Assembly: GCA_965116025.1 (NCBI GenBank)
Contig: OZ220480.1
Coordinates: 1,440,001 to 1,504,000 of the forward strand
Direction: 5' to 3'
From: an uncultured candidatus Porisulfidus sp.
Lineage (GTDB): Bacteria; Pseudomonadota; Gammaproteobacteria; Poriferisulfidales; Poriferisulfidaceae
DNA length: 64,000 bases
Below, one piece after another: positions 10,093 to 19,875 of this stretch. Each line of letters opens with the position of its first letter. The stretch's first letter is position 1. A program made the translations under genes and the position numbers. The notes beneath the pieces were generated by a model, which saw nothing but the letters and a program-made list of their open reading frames with translations, did no database searches and was not told the origin of the DNA.

Positions 10093-10458
10093 ATGCCCCG
10101 AGTGAAACGAGGCGTCACGACGCACGCTCGCCACCGCGAGACGCGGCGAAACGCGCGCGGCTATTACGGCGCGCGTTCGCGAACCTTTCGCTCCGCCAAT
10201 CAGGCGGTGATCCGCGCCGGACAGTACGCTTACCGGGACCGCCGGACGCGCAAGCGGGATTTCCGCCGGTTGTGGATCGTCCGCATCAACGCGGCCGCCC
10301 GGCTGTGCGGTCTGTCGTACAGCCGCTTAATGCATGGTCTGGCTCAGGCGCGAATCGAGATCGACCGCAAGATGCTGGCGGACATCGCGGTGAACGAGTT
10401 CGACACGTTCTCGCGGCTGGCGGATCAGGCCAAGGCCCGGTTGTCCGCGGATTCCTGA
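10093..10458 (+). CDS. rplT: 50S ribosomal protein L20
   Basis: MPRVKRG...YAYRDRR...LWIVRINAA...IDRKMLA. Confidence 0.98.
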   Translation: MPRVKRGVTTHARHRETRRNARGYYGARSRTFRSANQAVIRAGQYAYRDRRTRKRDFRRLWIVRINAAARLCGLSYSRLMHGLAQARIEIDRKMLADIAVNEFDTFSRLADQAKARLSADS

Positions 10459-10481
10459 GCGCGGGCGGGCCGGCTCGCGCC

Positions 10482-11477
10482 ATGCCGCAACTCGATTCTC
10501 TGCGTCAGGACGCCGACGTCGCGATCCGCGCGGCACCCGACACTTCCGAACTGGAGCGCCTGAGGGTTTTCTATCTGGGCCGTAAGGGGCGAGTCACTCT
10601 GGCCTTGCGCGGGCTTGGCGATCTCCCTGCCGAGCGTCGCCCGGCGGCCGGCGCCGAGATCCAGGCGGTCCGCGCTCACATCGAGCGCGCGCTCGCCGCT
10701 CAGGGCGAGGTCTTGGCGGAGGCCGAGACGCGAGCCCGGATCGCGTCCGAGACGCTTGACGTCACCTTGGCCGGCCGCGCGTTGCCGCCCGGCGCTCGCC
10801 ATCCCACTCTGCTGACTCTGCGGCGAATCCGCGATTGGTTCTCGCGCTTCGGCTACGAGGTCGAGCGCGGTCCGGAGATTGAGGACGACCACCATAATTT
10901 CGAGGTCCTCAATATGCCTCCCGCGCACCCGGCCCGCGCCATGCACGACACCTTCTATCTTGGGGATGGCCGCCTGTTGCGCACGCACACCTCGCCGGTG
11001 CAGGCGCGCGCCATGAGCCGGCGTGGTCCGCCGATCCGGATGATCGCGCCCGGACGCGTGTACCGCCGCGACTCGGATCCGACCCACAGTCCCATGTTCC
11101 ACCAGATCGAGGGGTTGCGCGTCGAGGAGAACGTCAGCATGGCTGATCTGAAAGGGACGCTGACGGCGTTCCTTCAATACTTCTTCGAGGACGGCGAGAT
11201 CGAGACGCGCTTCCGCGCCTCGTACTTTCCGTTCACCGAGCCGTCGGCGGAGGTGGACGTCCGCCGCGCCGGCGGCGACTGGCTGGAAGTGCTCGGTTGC
11301 GGGATGGTGCATCCGGCGGTGCTGGAGAAGGGCGGAATCGACCCAGAGTTGCACGCCGGTTTCGCGTTCGGCATGGGCGTGGAGCGCTTGGCGATGCTGT
11401 ACTACGGGATTGACGACCTGCGAGTGCTGTTCGCCAACGATTTGCGTCTCTTGAGCCAGTTCGAGGGAGTGGCCTGA
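10482..11477 (+). CDS. pheS: Phenylalanine--tRNA ligase alpha subunit
   Basis: [40 protein letters not shown]. Start placed at ATG 10482 within the longer ORF. Confidence 0.97.
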   Translation: MPQLDSLRQDADVAIRAAPDTSELERLRVFYLGRKGRVTLALRGLGDLPAERRPAAGAEIQAVRAHIERALAAQGEVLAEAETRARIASETLDVTLAGRALPPGARHPTLLTLRRIRDWFSRFGYEVERGPEIEDDHHNFEVLNMPPAHPARAMHDTFYLGDGRLLRTHTSPVQARAMSRRGPPIRMIAPGRVYRRDSDPTHSPMFHQIEGLRVEENVSMADLKGTLTAFLQYFFEDGEIETRFRASYFPFTEPSAEVDVRRAGGDWLEVLGCGMVHPAVLEKGGIDPELHAGFAFGMGVERLAMLYYGIDDLRVLFANDLRLLSQFEGVA

Positions 11478-13498
11478 TGCGGTGCGATCTGTCTTGGCTG
11501 TCGCGCTGGGTGGAGAGGTTGCCGAGCGACGACGATCTGGCGCGGCGAATGACCTTGGCTGGATTGGAGGCGGACGAGCCGCGAGATTCGATTTTGGAAC
11601 TGGAGTTGACGCCGAATCGCGGAGACTGCCTGAGCGTGCGTGGCTTGGCCCGCGAGGTGTCGACGCTAACCGGCGCGGCCTTGCGGGAGCCACTCGACCC
11701 GGAAGATATCCCGGTCGAGTCGAAGAGCGCGCCGCGTCTCGGCGAGGTTGACGCCGATGCCTGTCCCTATTATGGGCTTCGCCTGATCGAGGATATCGAG
11801 CCGCGAGCGGAAACCCCGGAATGGATGCGAGATCGACTGGAGCGCTCCGGCGTTCGGGCGCGCCAACTGCTGGTGGACATCACCAACTACGTTATGCTGG
11901 AACTGGGTCAGCCGCTGCATGCTTTCGACGCGGACGCGGTGGCCGGAGAGGTCTCGGTGCGCTGGGCGCGAGAGCGGGAAATGATCCAGACGCTGGACGA
12001 CGAGAATCGGACGCTGGACCCGGACATGCTGGTGATCGCGACGGGCGAGCAGCCGCTTGCCGTGGCCGGGATCCTCGGTGGAGGATCCTCCGCGGTGCGC
12101 GAGGGAACCACTAGGGTTTTGCTGGAATCCGCGCATTTCGCGCCAGCGGCGATCTCTGGCCGCGCTCGGAGAATGAAGCTGCATACGGAATCCTCGCGTC
12201 GTTTCGAGCGCGGCGTGGATCCACGCCTTCCAGAGCGCGCCATGCGGCGGGCCACCGAGCTCATTCTCAAGCACGCCGGTGGGCGGGCATCCAAGGTGGA
12301 GAGCGCGGGACGACTGGCTCCAGAGTTTCGGCCCGAGCGAATTCGCCTGCGCGCGGCGCGACTGGAGAGGTGTCTGGCGCTCGCGGTGGAGCCGGAAGAG
12401 GTGGTCCGGATCCTGCGCGCGCTTGGTTGCCAAGTACGGGAGGGATCTAGGCAGTGGGACGTGAGAGCGCCGAGCTGGCGCTTCGACTTGGCGATTGAGG
12501 AGGACCTGATCGAGGAGGTCGCGCGGGTGGTCGGGTACGACCGGATCGAGCTGGCTTCGCCACCGCCGCCCGGGAGCTGGGAAGTTTCTTCCCGGCCGCG
12601 GACGGCGCGGGTTGAGCGTTGCGAGTCGCGGTTGGCGGCGTGCGGCTATTCGGAGGCCGTGACCTACAGTTTCACCGAGGAGAGTCTGGAGCGGGTCTTC
12701 GCTCCTGGGTCCCGCCCGTGGCGCCTGCGCAACCCCATCTCCGAGGGACAGGCGGTCCTGCGCTCGACGTTGGTGCCGAGCCTGTTGCGGGCGGCCCAGC
12801 GCAATTTGAACCGGCAGCGCGCCAGCGTTCGGCTGTTCGAGACGGCCCGCGTGTTTTCCCGGGACGGCGAGGAGACGCGCGAGTCTTGGACACTGGGCGG
12901 CGTGGCCTGCGGTCTGGCGCATCCGCCGCAGTGGGGAGCGCTGCCGCGCGAGGTGGACTTTTACGATGTCAAGGGTGACTTGCAGAACCTGTTTCAAGGC
13001 CAGCCCGATTCGCTGGAGTTCGAGCCGGGAGAGCACCCGGCGCTGCACCCGGGGCAGACCGCCCGCGCGCGACTGGGCGGGACGGAGATCGGGATCCTAG
13101 GCGCGCTGCACCCACGGCTGCATGCCAAGTTCGATCTGGGGAGCCCGGCGTTCGTGTTCGAGTTGGATCTAGACGCTTGGGACGACCCTCCGCCGCCGCG
13201 TTTCGCGCCTTGGCCAGAATATCCGTTCGTGTCGCGCGACTTGAACGTGATCGTGGACGAGAGCGCACCCGCGGCGGCGGTGGTGGATCGCGTTCGCGCG
13301 GTCGGAATCGAGTCGCTGCGAGAGGTGACCGTGTTCGACGTGTATCGGGGAAAGGGGCTGGAGCCGGGGCGCAAAAGTCTCGCGTTGCGTTTGATATTTC
13401 AAAGCTTTTCGGGTACATTAAAAGATCAGGACATTGACGGGAGCCTTGATCTGGTGATCGCGAATCTGAAAGAATTTCTGGGGGCGGAGACTCGGTGA
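11477..13498 (+). CDS. pheT: Phenylalanine--tRNA ligase beta subunit (short form, B2 domain apparently absent)
   Basis: TPNRGDCLS, VDITNYVMLELGQPLHAFD, RFERGVDP, DLIEEVAR, C-terminal FDX-ACB domain (FDVYRG...KSLA). 673 aa. Confidence 0.95.
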   Translation: MRCDLSWLSRWVERLPSDDDLARRMTLAGLEADEPRDSILELELTPNRGDCLSVRGLAREVSTLTGAALREPLDPEDIPVESKSAPRLGEVDADACPYYGLRLIEDIEPRAETPEWMRDRLERSGVRARQLLVDITNYVMLELGQPLHAFDADAVAGEVSVRWAREREMIQTLDDENRTLDPDMLVIATGEQPLAVAGILGGGSSAVREGTTRVLLESAHFAPAAISGRARRMKLHTESSRRFERGVDPRLPERAMRRATELILKHAGGRASKVESAGRLAPEFRPERIRLRAARLERCLALAVEPEEVVRILRALGCQVREGSRQWDVRAPSWRFDLAIEEDLIEEVARVVGYDRIELASPPPPGSWEVSSRPRTARVERCESRLAACGYSEAVTYSFTEESLERVFAPGSRPWRLRNPISEGQAVLRSTLVPSLLRAAQRNLNRQRASVRLFETARVFSRDGEETRESWTLGGVACGLAHPPQWGALPREVDFYDVKGDLQNLFQGQPDSLEFEPGEHPALHPGQTARARLGGTEIGILGALHPRLHAKFDLGSPAFVFELDLDAWDDPPPPRFAPWPEYPFVSRDLNVIVDESAPAAAVVDRVRAVGIESLREVTVFDVYRGKGLEPGRKSLALRLIFQSFSGTLKDQDIDGSLDLVIANLKEFLGAETR

Positions 13499-13791
13499 TG
13501 GCCAAAACTCTGACGAGGATCGATTTGGCGACCCGCCTGGTCTATCAGGTTGGCCTCAACCGGAGAGAGGCCCGTGCGCTGGTGAACGTTCTTCTGGACG
13601 AGATGTCGGAGGCGTTGGTTGCCGGGGAGGATCTCCACGTGTGGAGCTTCGGCAACTTCATCCTGCGCGACAAGGCGGCCCGCCCCGGACGCAATCCGCG
13701 CAGCGGTCGGGAGGCGATCATCTCCCCTCGGCGCGTGGTGACGTTCCGACCCGGGCAGAAACTGCGCAAGCAAGTGGAAGGTTATGAGTGA
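13498..13791 (+). CDS. ihfA: Integration host factor alpha subunit
   Basis: FGNF.LRDK..RPGRNPRSG...RRVVTFRPGQKL; directly follows pheT. Confidence 0.93.
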   Translation: MAKTLTRIDLATRLVYQVGLNRREARALVNVLLDEMSEALVAGEDLHVWSFGNFILRDKAARPGRNPRSGREAIISPRRVVTFRPGQKLRKQVEGYE

Positions 13792-14134
13792 GAGCGGCCA
13801 GGACGCCCCATTGATCCTGCCGAACAAGCGATACTTTAGAATCCAAGAAGTCAGTGAGCTGTGCCAGGTCAAGGACCACACCCTGCGCTATTGGGAGAAG
13901 AATATCCCAGAGTTGAAGCCTCGCCGCCGCCGCGGAAACCATCGTCGCTACCAGCGCGAGGATATCCATCTGATACGGAAGATCAAGGCACTGACGGAGG
14001 AAGGATATACGTTGGAAGGAGTGAGGGAGAAGCTTCAGGATCGCTCGCCGACTCCATGGGATACCGAGCGAGCTCAGGCGATCCAGCAGGCGATCACGGA
14101 GCTCGAGCGGATCGCCGGACTGCTCAGGGAGTAA
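13784..14134 (+). CDS. MerR-family transcriptional regulator
   Basis: KRYFRIQEVSELC.VK.HTLRYWE HTH; usual position between ihfA and tRNA-Pro. Confidence 0.9.
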   Translation: MSESGQDAPLILPNKRYFRIQEVSELCQVKDHTLRYWEKNIPELKPRRRRGNHRRYQREDIHLIRKIKALTEEGYTLEGVREKLQDRSPTPWDTERAQAIQQAITELERIAGLLRE

Positions 14135-14191
14135 GATATGGACGGTGGAGAGCGCGCGCGGGGAAGAACCCCCCGGGCGGTCCGGCATGGG

Positions 14192-14268
<77 letters not shown>

Positions 14269-14301
14269 GTTCCGCCGCGACGGCCCGACGCGTTCCTGAT
14301 C

Positions 14302-15093
14302 ATGTCTTGGGACCTGGAGCTCATTCTGCTGGTGGCCACCGTCGCTACCGGCCTCGTCCACTACGCGTATCTCCTTTGGCACCGAAGGCGCCGCCAGGCG
14401 CCGCCGGCGCGCCGACCTTGGATCGTAGAGTGGTCGCGCGCGCTGTTTCCGGTATTGGCGCTGGTGCTGACGTTGCGCGCCTTCGTGGTGGAGCCGTTCC
14501 GGATTCCGTCCGGCTCCATGATGCCGACGTTGCTGATCGGAGACTTGATTCTGGTCAACAAGTACAGTTATGGCGTTCGGCTTCCAGTGTGGCACACCAG
14601 AATTCTGGAGTTCGGCCAGCCCGAGCGGGGCGACGTGGCGGTGTTTCGGTTTCCAGGGAACCCCTCCCTGGATTACATCAAGCGAGTGGTCGCCTTGCCG
14701 GAGGACGAGGTGGTCTATGCCGGAAAGCGGCTGTGGGTGAACGGGGAGGCCTATCCCCAGGAGAATCCGCGCCCATTCCTTGAGGAGCTCACTGGCCTGC
14801 CACGTCCGCATCACACTCGATACACCGAGCGAATCCAAGGCCGCGCGCACGACATTCTCCGCGATTCCCTGCACGAGGACGTCCCGCGCTCCTTCACGGT
14901 GCCGCCGGGCCACTACTTGGTGATGGGCGACAACCGCGACCACAGCAGCGACAGTCGGGTCTGGGGCTTCGTTCCAGAGAACCATCTCGTGGGGCGGGCG
15001 TTCCTGGTCTGGATGAATCTGGATTTCCTTTTGGAGTCGCTGACTCGCCCGGATCCCTCTCTGCTCCTCTCCCGTCTCGGACGGATTCGGTAA
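14302..15093 (+). CDS. lepB: Signal peptidase I
   Basis: EPFRIPSGSMMPTL, DYIKRVV, MGDNRDHSSDSR. Start placed at ATG 14302. Confidence 0.96.
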   Translation: MSWDLELILLVATVATGLVHYAYLLWHRRRRQAPPARRPWIVEWSRALFPVLALVLTLRAFVVEPFRIPSGSMMPTLLIGDLILVNKYSYGVRLPVWHTRILEFGQPERGDVAVFRFPGNPSLDYIKRVVALPEDEVVYAGKRLWVNGEAYPQENPRPFLEELTGLPRPHHTRYTERIQGRAHDILRDSLHEDVPRSFTVPPGHYLVMGDNRDHSSDSRVWGFVPENHLVGRAFLVWMNLDFLLESLTRPDPSLLLSRLGRIR

Positions 15094-15101
15094 CCGACGG
15101 A

Positions 15102-15767
15102 ATGGCGCGGATTGAGGACTGGTTGCCGGAGGGGACGCGCGACAGTCCCGAGTATCGGATAGCCCGGACGCACCGCAGCGCTGGCGCGCCGCACAACGAG
15201 CGGCTGGAGTTCTTGGGAGACGCACTGCTCGGCCTGGTGGTCTCGGAAATCTTGTACCGGCGCTTCCCAGACCTTTCGGAAGGGGATCTCACCCGCCTGC
15301 GCGCGCACCTCGTCTGCCGTTCCATGCTGGCCCAGGTGGCGGAGGATGCTCAACTGGATCAGGCGCTGATCGCGGGGGATCTGTCATCGTCGCGCGCCCG
15401 GCGCGCGGCGGCAGGGAACGCGCTGGAGGCAGTGGTCGCGTCAGTCTACGTGACGCGTGGCCTGGAGGAGGCGCGCGTCTTCATTGAGCGGCTGTACGGC
15501 CGGCTCCTGGAGGATCTTCCGTCGCCGGATTCTCTGCGTGGCGCCAAAAATTCCCTGCAGGAGCACCTGCAGGCGCGGGGGCGGACGGCGCATGCCCGGT
15601 ACACGCTGCTACGGGAGCGTCCGCGGGGCGAGTCTCCGCGCTTCGAGGTGCTGTGCGAGGTGGAAGATCCCGCGGTGCGGGCCCGGGGGATGGGCGAGCG
15701 CGTTCGTGAGGCGGAGCAGGACGCGGCGGCGGCCGCGCTCGCCCAGGTCCGGCGGCGGCTTCCTTGA
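15102..15767 (+). CDS. rnc: Ribonuclease III
   Basis: THRS...NERLEFLGDA signature, C-terminal dsRBD (KNSLQE...AEQDAA); lepB-rnc-era synteny. Confidence 0.93.
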   Translation: MARIEDWLPEGTRDSPEYRIARTHRSAGAPHNERLEFLGDALLGLVVSEILYRRFPDLSEGDLTRLRAHLVCRSMLAQVAEDAQLDQALIAGDLSSSRARRAAAGNALEAVVASVYVTRGLEEARVFIERLYGRLLEDLPSPDSLRGAKNSLQEHLQARGRTAHARYTLLRERPRGESPRFEVLCEVEDPAVRARGMGERVREAEQDAAAAALAQVRRRLP

Positions 15768-16657
15768 TGGACGCGTCTTCCCGTTGCGGTTTCGTGGCGC
15801 TGTGCGGCAAGCCTAACGTAGGCAAGTCCACGCTGTTCAACCGTCTGCTGCGGCGGACGCTGGCCGCCGCTACCGGGAAGCCGCAGACCACCCGGCACAA
15901 CATCCGGGGCGTGCTGACTGAGGGGCGCGACCAGCTCGTGCTCGTGGACACGCCCGGCATCAACTCCGGGCGGACCCGGGCGTTGTCGCGCCTGCTCAAC
16001 GCCAACGCCCGCGACGCGATGAGCCAGGTGGACGTGGCCGCGCTGGTGGTGGAGGCCGGGGTCTGGAACGCTCGCGACGAGAAGGTACTCGACTCGCTGC
16101 GCGAGGCGAAGATCCCGATCTTGCTGTGCGCCAACAAGGTTGATCGTCTGTCCGACCCGGCACTGATCCTGCCGTATTTCGCGAAATTGGCCGAGCTTGA
16201 CTTCCGAGAATACTTTCCCGTCAGCGCGCGGACCGGGGAGGGCCGTGAGGACCTCATCAAGGTTTTGGCGCGGCATGTCCCGGAGCGACCGCATCTGTTC
16301 GAGGCGGATGTCATGAGCGACCGCCATGAGCGATTTTTCGCGGAGGAGCTGATTCGCGAGCAGTTGCTGGTCCAGCTGGACAAGGAGTTGCCATACGCCG
16401 CGCATGTCCACGTGACCGCCTTTCGTCTTCAGGGAGAGCGCGCGCACGTCTCCGCCCGGATCCTGGTGGAGCGCGAATCGCAACGCAAGATCCTGCTGGG
16501 GCGCGCTGGCGAGCGCATTGGCTCCATCGGGCGCGCCGCTCGGCTGCGCATGGGCGAGCTGCTGGATCGACCGGTAGTCTTGAAACTGCGCGTCGTGGTG
16601 CGGCGGGACTGGCAACGTGACGAGAGGATTCTCGCTAGCTACCGCGGGGACGCGTGA
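15767..16657 (+). CDS. era: GTPase Era
   Basis: GKPNVGKST, QTTR, DTPG, NKVD, KH domain with ELPY. Confidence 0.96.
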   Translation: MDASSRCGFVALCGKPNVGKSTLFNRLLRRTLAAATGKPQTTRHNIRGVLTEGRDQLVLVDTPGINSGRTRALSRLLNANARDAMSQVDVAALVVEAGVWNARDEKVLDSLREAKIPILLCANKVDRLSDPALILPYFAKLAELDFREYFPVSARTGEGREDLIKVLARHVPERPHLFEADVMSDRHERFFAEELIREQLLVQLDKELPYAAHVHVTAFRLQGERAHVSARILVERESQRKILLGRAGERIGSIGRAARLRMGELLDRPVVLKLRVVVRRDWQRDERILASYRGDA

Positions 16658-17358
16658 TGCGACAGGACGATCTGGCCCCGGCCTACGTGCTTCAGGCGCG
16701 TCCTTGGCGCGAGACCAGCTTGCTGTACAAGATGGTCGCGCATCCGCGCGGGCGGGTCAGCCTGATCCACCGCGGGGCACGGCGCGGGGGCCGCGACCGG
16801 CCATTGCCGACGCTGACCCCGGTGCGCGTATCCTGGAGCGGGCGCGGTGGCTTGCATACCCTCCGTCAGGCCGAGGTGGGAGGTTCGGTGGCGATCCGGG
16901 ATCCCGCACGGCAGGTTTGCGCCTTGTACGTCAACGAGATCGTCAGCTATCTGCTTCCGGATGATCGCGTCTCGGACGAGATATATCCGCTGTATGAAGA
17001 CGCTCTGGCCCGATTGGCGGCCGCTTCAGACCTTGAGGGCGCGTTGCGTGGCATCGAGCTGGACCTGCTGCAGCTGGCTGGGCATCCGTTGCAGTTGGAT
17101 CATACTGAGCGGGAGAAGGTTGAGCCGGAGCGGCGCTATCGCTACCGACCAGGCCTCGGGCCGGAGACCCTGTCGGAGTTGGAGAGCGACTCGCTCGAGG
17201 GAGTCAGTGGGCGCACTCTGCTGGGCTTGCAGGCGCGCGCGGAGCTGGACGCGCGCGCGCGACGAGAGGCGCGGCGCCTGATGCGCCAGGTTCTGGACTA
17301 CTACGTCGCGCCGCGCGTGATCCGCTCGCGCGGCATCATGCGGGCGCTGGCGGGCTGA
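16657..17358 (+). CDS. recO: DNA repair protein RecO
   Basis: AYVLQARPWRETS, GRVSL, LYVNEI; position after era. Confidence 0.88.
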   Translation: MRQDDLAPAYVLQARPWRETSLLYKMVAHPRGRVSLIHRGARRGGRDRPLPTLTPVRVSWSGRGGLHTLRQAEVGGSVAIRDPARQVCALYVNEIVSYLLPDDRVSDEIYPLYEDALARLAAASDLEGALRGIELDLLQLAGHPLQLDHTEREKVEPERRYRYRPGLGPETLSELESDSLEGVSGRTLLGLQARAELDARARREARRLMRQVLDYYVAPRVIRSRGIMRALAG

Positions 17359-17459
17359 TGGCGCCATCCTCCCGCGAGCTCCCGGATTCCGGCGTGGTCT
17401 CGCTTCCGAAGGCGGATTACGTGGTAGAGTGTCCATAGCGAGCACAACCGTGAAATCTA

Positions 17460-18182
17460 GTGGCGAACGTACGACTGGGAGTCAATATCGATCATGTGGC
17501 GACTCTGCGTCAGCAGCGTCACACAGCCTACCCGGATCTTGGCGAGGCGATCCGTCTGGTGGAGGCGGCGGGCGCGGACGGCATCACCATGCATTTGCGC
17601 GAGGATCGGCGTCACATCCAACTGGAGGACGTGGAACGGGCTCGTGAACAGGTGCGCGGCACTCTGAATCTGGAGATGGCCGTGACCGGGGAGATGCTAA
17701 AGATCGCGGAACGAATCCGTCCAGATTACTGCTGCTTGGTGCCCGAGCGACGCGAGGAGCTCACCACTGAGGGAGGGTTGGACGTGGTGGGGGGGGCTGA
17801 TCGGATTCGGGAGGCTTGCGCTCGATTGAAGGCGGCGGGGATCCAGGCGTCGCTGTTCGTCGAGCCGACGTCCGAGGCGCTTAGCGCGGCGCTTGATCTG
17901 GGCGCGCCTATCGTGGAGTTGCACACCGGTCCGTACGCCAACACGGAGAATCCACAGGCGCGCGCGCGGGAGCTTGATCGCCTCGTCTCCGCCGCTCGGT
18001 CCGCGCGCGGGCGGCTGACGGTCAACGCCGGACATGGCCTGCATCGCGAGAACGTGGGTCCGGTCGCCGCGATCCCGGAGATGAACGAGCTCAACATCGG
18101 CCATGCCATCGTGTGCCGGGCGGTCATGGTGGGACTGGAGGCCGCCGTGCGCGAGACGCGAGCGGCCATGGAGGCGGCGTGA
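17460..18182 (+). CDS. pdxJ: Pyridoxine 5'-phosphate synthase
   Basis: LGVNIDHVATLR, HLREDRRHI, ELTTEGGLD, ELNIGH. Confidence 0.97.
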   Translation: MANVRLGVNIDHVATLRQQRHTAYPDLGEAIRLVEAAGADGITMHLREDRRHIQLEDVERAREQVRGTLNLEMAVTGEMLKIAERIRPDYCCLVPERREELTTEGGLDVVGGADRIREACARLKAAGIQASLFVEPTSEALSAALDLGAPIVELHTGPYANTENPQARARELDRLVSAARSARGRLTVNAGHGLHRENVGPVAAIPEMNELNIGHAIVCRAVMVGLEAAVRETRAAMEAA

Positions 18183-19072
18183 GAGAGTACCCGACCATCG
18201 AGTCCCGCATCGGCGACACTTCGCTGGTGCGCTTGCAGCGCATGGCGCCGAAGGGCGTGACGGTGCTGGCCAAGCTAGAGGGCGACAACCCGGCCGGCTC
18301 GGTCAAAGACCGGCCCGCCATGCACATGATCAACGCTGCCGAGCGGCGCGGGGAGATCCGCCCGGGCGACGCGCTGGTCGAGGCGACTAGCGGAAACACC
18401 GGAATCGCTTTGGCGTTGGCGGCGGCGATCCGCGGCTACCGGATGATCCTGATCATGCCGGAGAACATGAGTTTGGAGCGGCGCCAGACGATGGCGGCGT
18501 ACGGGGCCGAGCTGATTTTGGTCACCGAGGCCGAAGGCATGGAAGGCGCGCGCGACCGGGCGCTGGCGATGAACCGCGCGGGCGAGGCCCATATCCTGAA
18601 CCAGTTCGACAACCCGGACAACTCGGAATCGCACTACCAAGGCACGGGTCCGGAGTTGTGGCGGGATACTGGTGGCGAGCTGACGCATTTCGTCTCGTCC
18701 ATGGGCACCACCGGAACTATCAGCGGGGCCGGACGCTACCTGAAGGAACGCGATCCTGAGGTCGAGGTCATCGGCGTGCAGCCGGCGGATGGTTCCGCGA
18801 TTCCGGGCATACGCCGTTGGCCCGACGCTTACGTCCCGAAGATCCTGGAACGGGACGTGATTGATCGGGAGATCGATGTCACGCGCGCGCAGGCGGAGGA
18901 GACCATGCGAGAGATGGCCCGACGGGAAGGCATTTTCGCCGGAATCTCCTCGGGCGGCTGCATGCGCGCGGGCCTCCAGGTCGCGGAACGGGCCGCGCCG
19001 GGCTCGACCATCGCCGTCATCGTTTGCGACCGCGGCGACCGCTATCTCTCCTCGGGGGTCTATCCGTCATGA
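18179..19072 (+). CDS. cysM: Cysteine synthase B
   Basis: KLEGDNPAGSVKDR PLP lysine motif, EATSGNTG, SMGTTGT, PGIRRWP. GTG start overlaps the pdxJ stop. Confidence 0.93.
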   Translation: MREYPTIESRIGDTSLVRLQRMAPKGVTVLAKLEGDNPAGSVKDRPAMHMINAAERRGEIRPGDALVEATSGNTGIALALAAAIRGYRMILIMPENMSLERRQTMAAYGAELILVTEAEGMEGARDRALAMNRAGEAHILNQFDNPDNSESHYQGTGPELWRDTGGELTHFVSSMGTTGTISGAGRYLKERDPEVEVIGVQPADGSAIPGIRRWPDAYVPKILERDVIDREIDVTRAQAEETMREMARREGIFAGISSGGCMRAGLQVAERAAPGSTIAVIVCDRGDRYLSSGVYPS

Positions 19073-19872
19073 TCGGCGAGGTGTTGGCCTTCGACATTGA
19101 GACCGTTCCAGACGTGGAAGCGGGGCGGAGGATCCATGGCTTGGGCGAAGAGATTCCCGACGAGGACGTGGCGCGCGCCATGGAGCAGTTGCGCATGCAG
19201 AAGACGGGCGGGCACCCGTTTCAGCCGCTGCACCTGCAGAAAGTGGTTTGCATCTCGGTGGTGTACCACGCGGATTCGGTGTTGCTCGCGAAATCTCTGG
19301 AGAGTCCCGAAGCCCAGGAGGACGCGATCATTCGCAGCTTTTTCGACGGCATCGACCGGGCGGCGCCGCGGCTAGTGAGCTGGAACGGGGGTGGCTTCGA
19401 CCTCGCGGTGCTGAACTATCGAGCCTTGCGCCACGGGATTCGGGCCCGGATCTTCTGGGAAATGGGGGAAAGCGCTCGGGAATTCCGCTACAACAATTAC
19501 ATCAGCCGTTACCACGAGCGGCATCTGGACCTGATGGACATGCTGTCGCGCTACAATCTGCGCGCCGCGGCCGGGCTGGACGAGGTCGCCACGATGCTGG
19601 GCTTCCCCGGGAAGCCGGAAGGGATGTCGGGCTCCGAGGTGTGGCCCGCGTACCGGGACGGTCGCCTCGGCGATATTCGCGCGTATTGCGAGACTGACGC
19701 GCTCACCGTCTATCTGGTGTTTCTTCGCTTCGAGCACATGCGCGGCAAACTATCCCGCGCCAGCTACGTCGAGCTGTGCGATCAGCTGCAGTCCTATCTG
19801 GAGGAGGAGGGCAAGCCCCACTTTCGCGATTTCCTGTCGCGCTGGGACCGCGCGCGCGACCCGGTCGGATAG
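19069..19872 (+). CDS. Predicted 3'-5' exonuclease (PolB exonuclease-like, DEDD family)
   Basis: FDIETVPD, VSWNGGGFDL, HLDLMD, YCETD motifs; commonly found next to cysM. Confidence 0.88.
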   Translation: MIGEVLAFDIETVPDVEAGRRIHGLGEEIPDEDVARAMEQLRMQKTGGHPFQPLHLQKVVCISVVYHADSVLLAKSLESPEAQEDAIIRSFFDGIDRAAPRLVSWNGGGFDLAVLNYRALRHGIRARIFWEMGESAREFRYNNYISRYHERHLDLMDMLSRYNLRAAAGLDEVATMLGFPGKPEGMSGSEVWPAYRDGRLGDIRAYCETDALTVYLVFLRFEHMRGKLSRASYVELCDQLQSYLEEEGKPHFRDFLSRWDRARDPVG

Positions 19873-19875
19873 GCG

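Noticed and set aside
15400-15450. RNase III second motif reads GNALEA rather than ADxxEA, suggesting inactivation
   Set aside because: The signature ERLEFLGD and the key Glu are intact, and Asn at this position occurs in other bacterial RNase III sequences. This is not enough to call loss of function.
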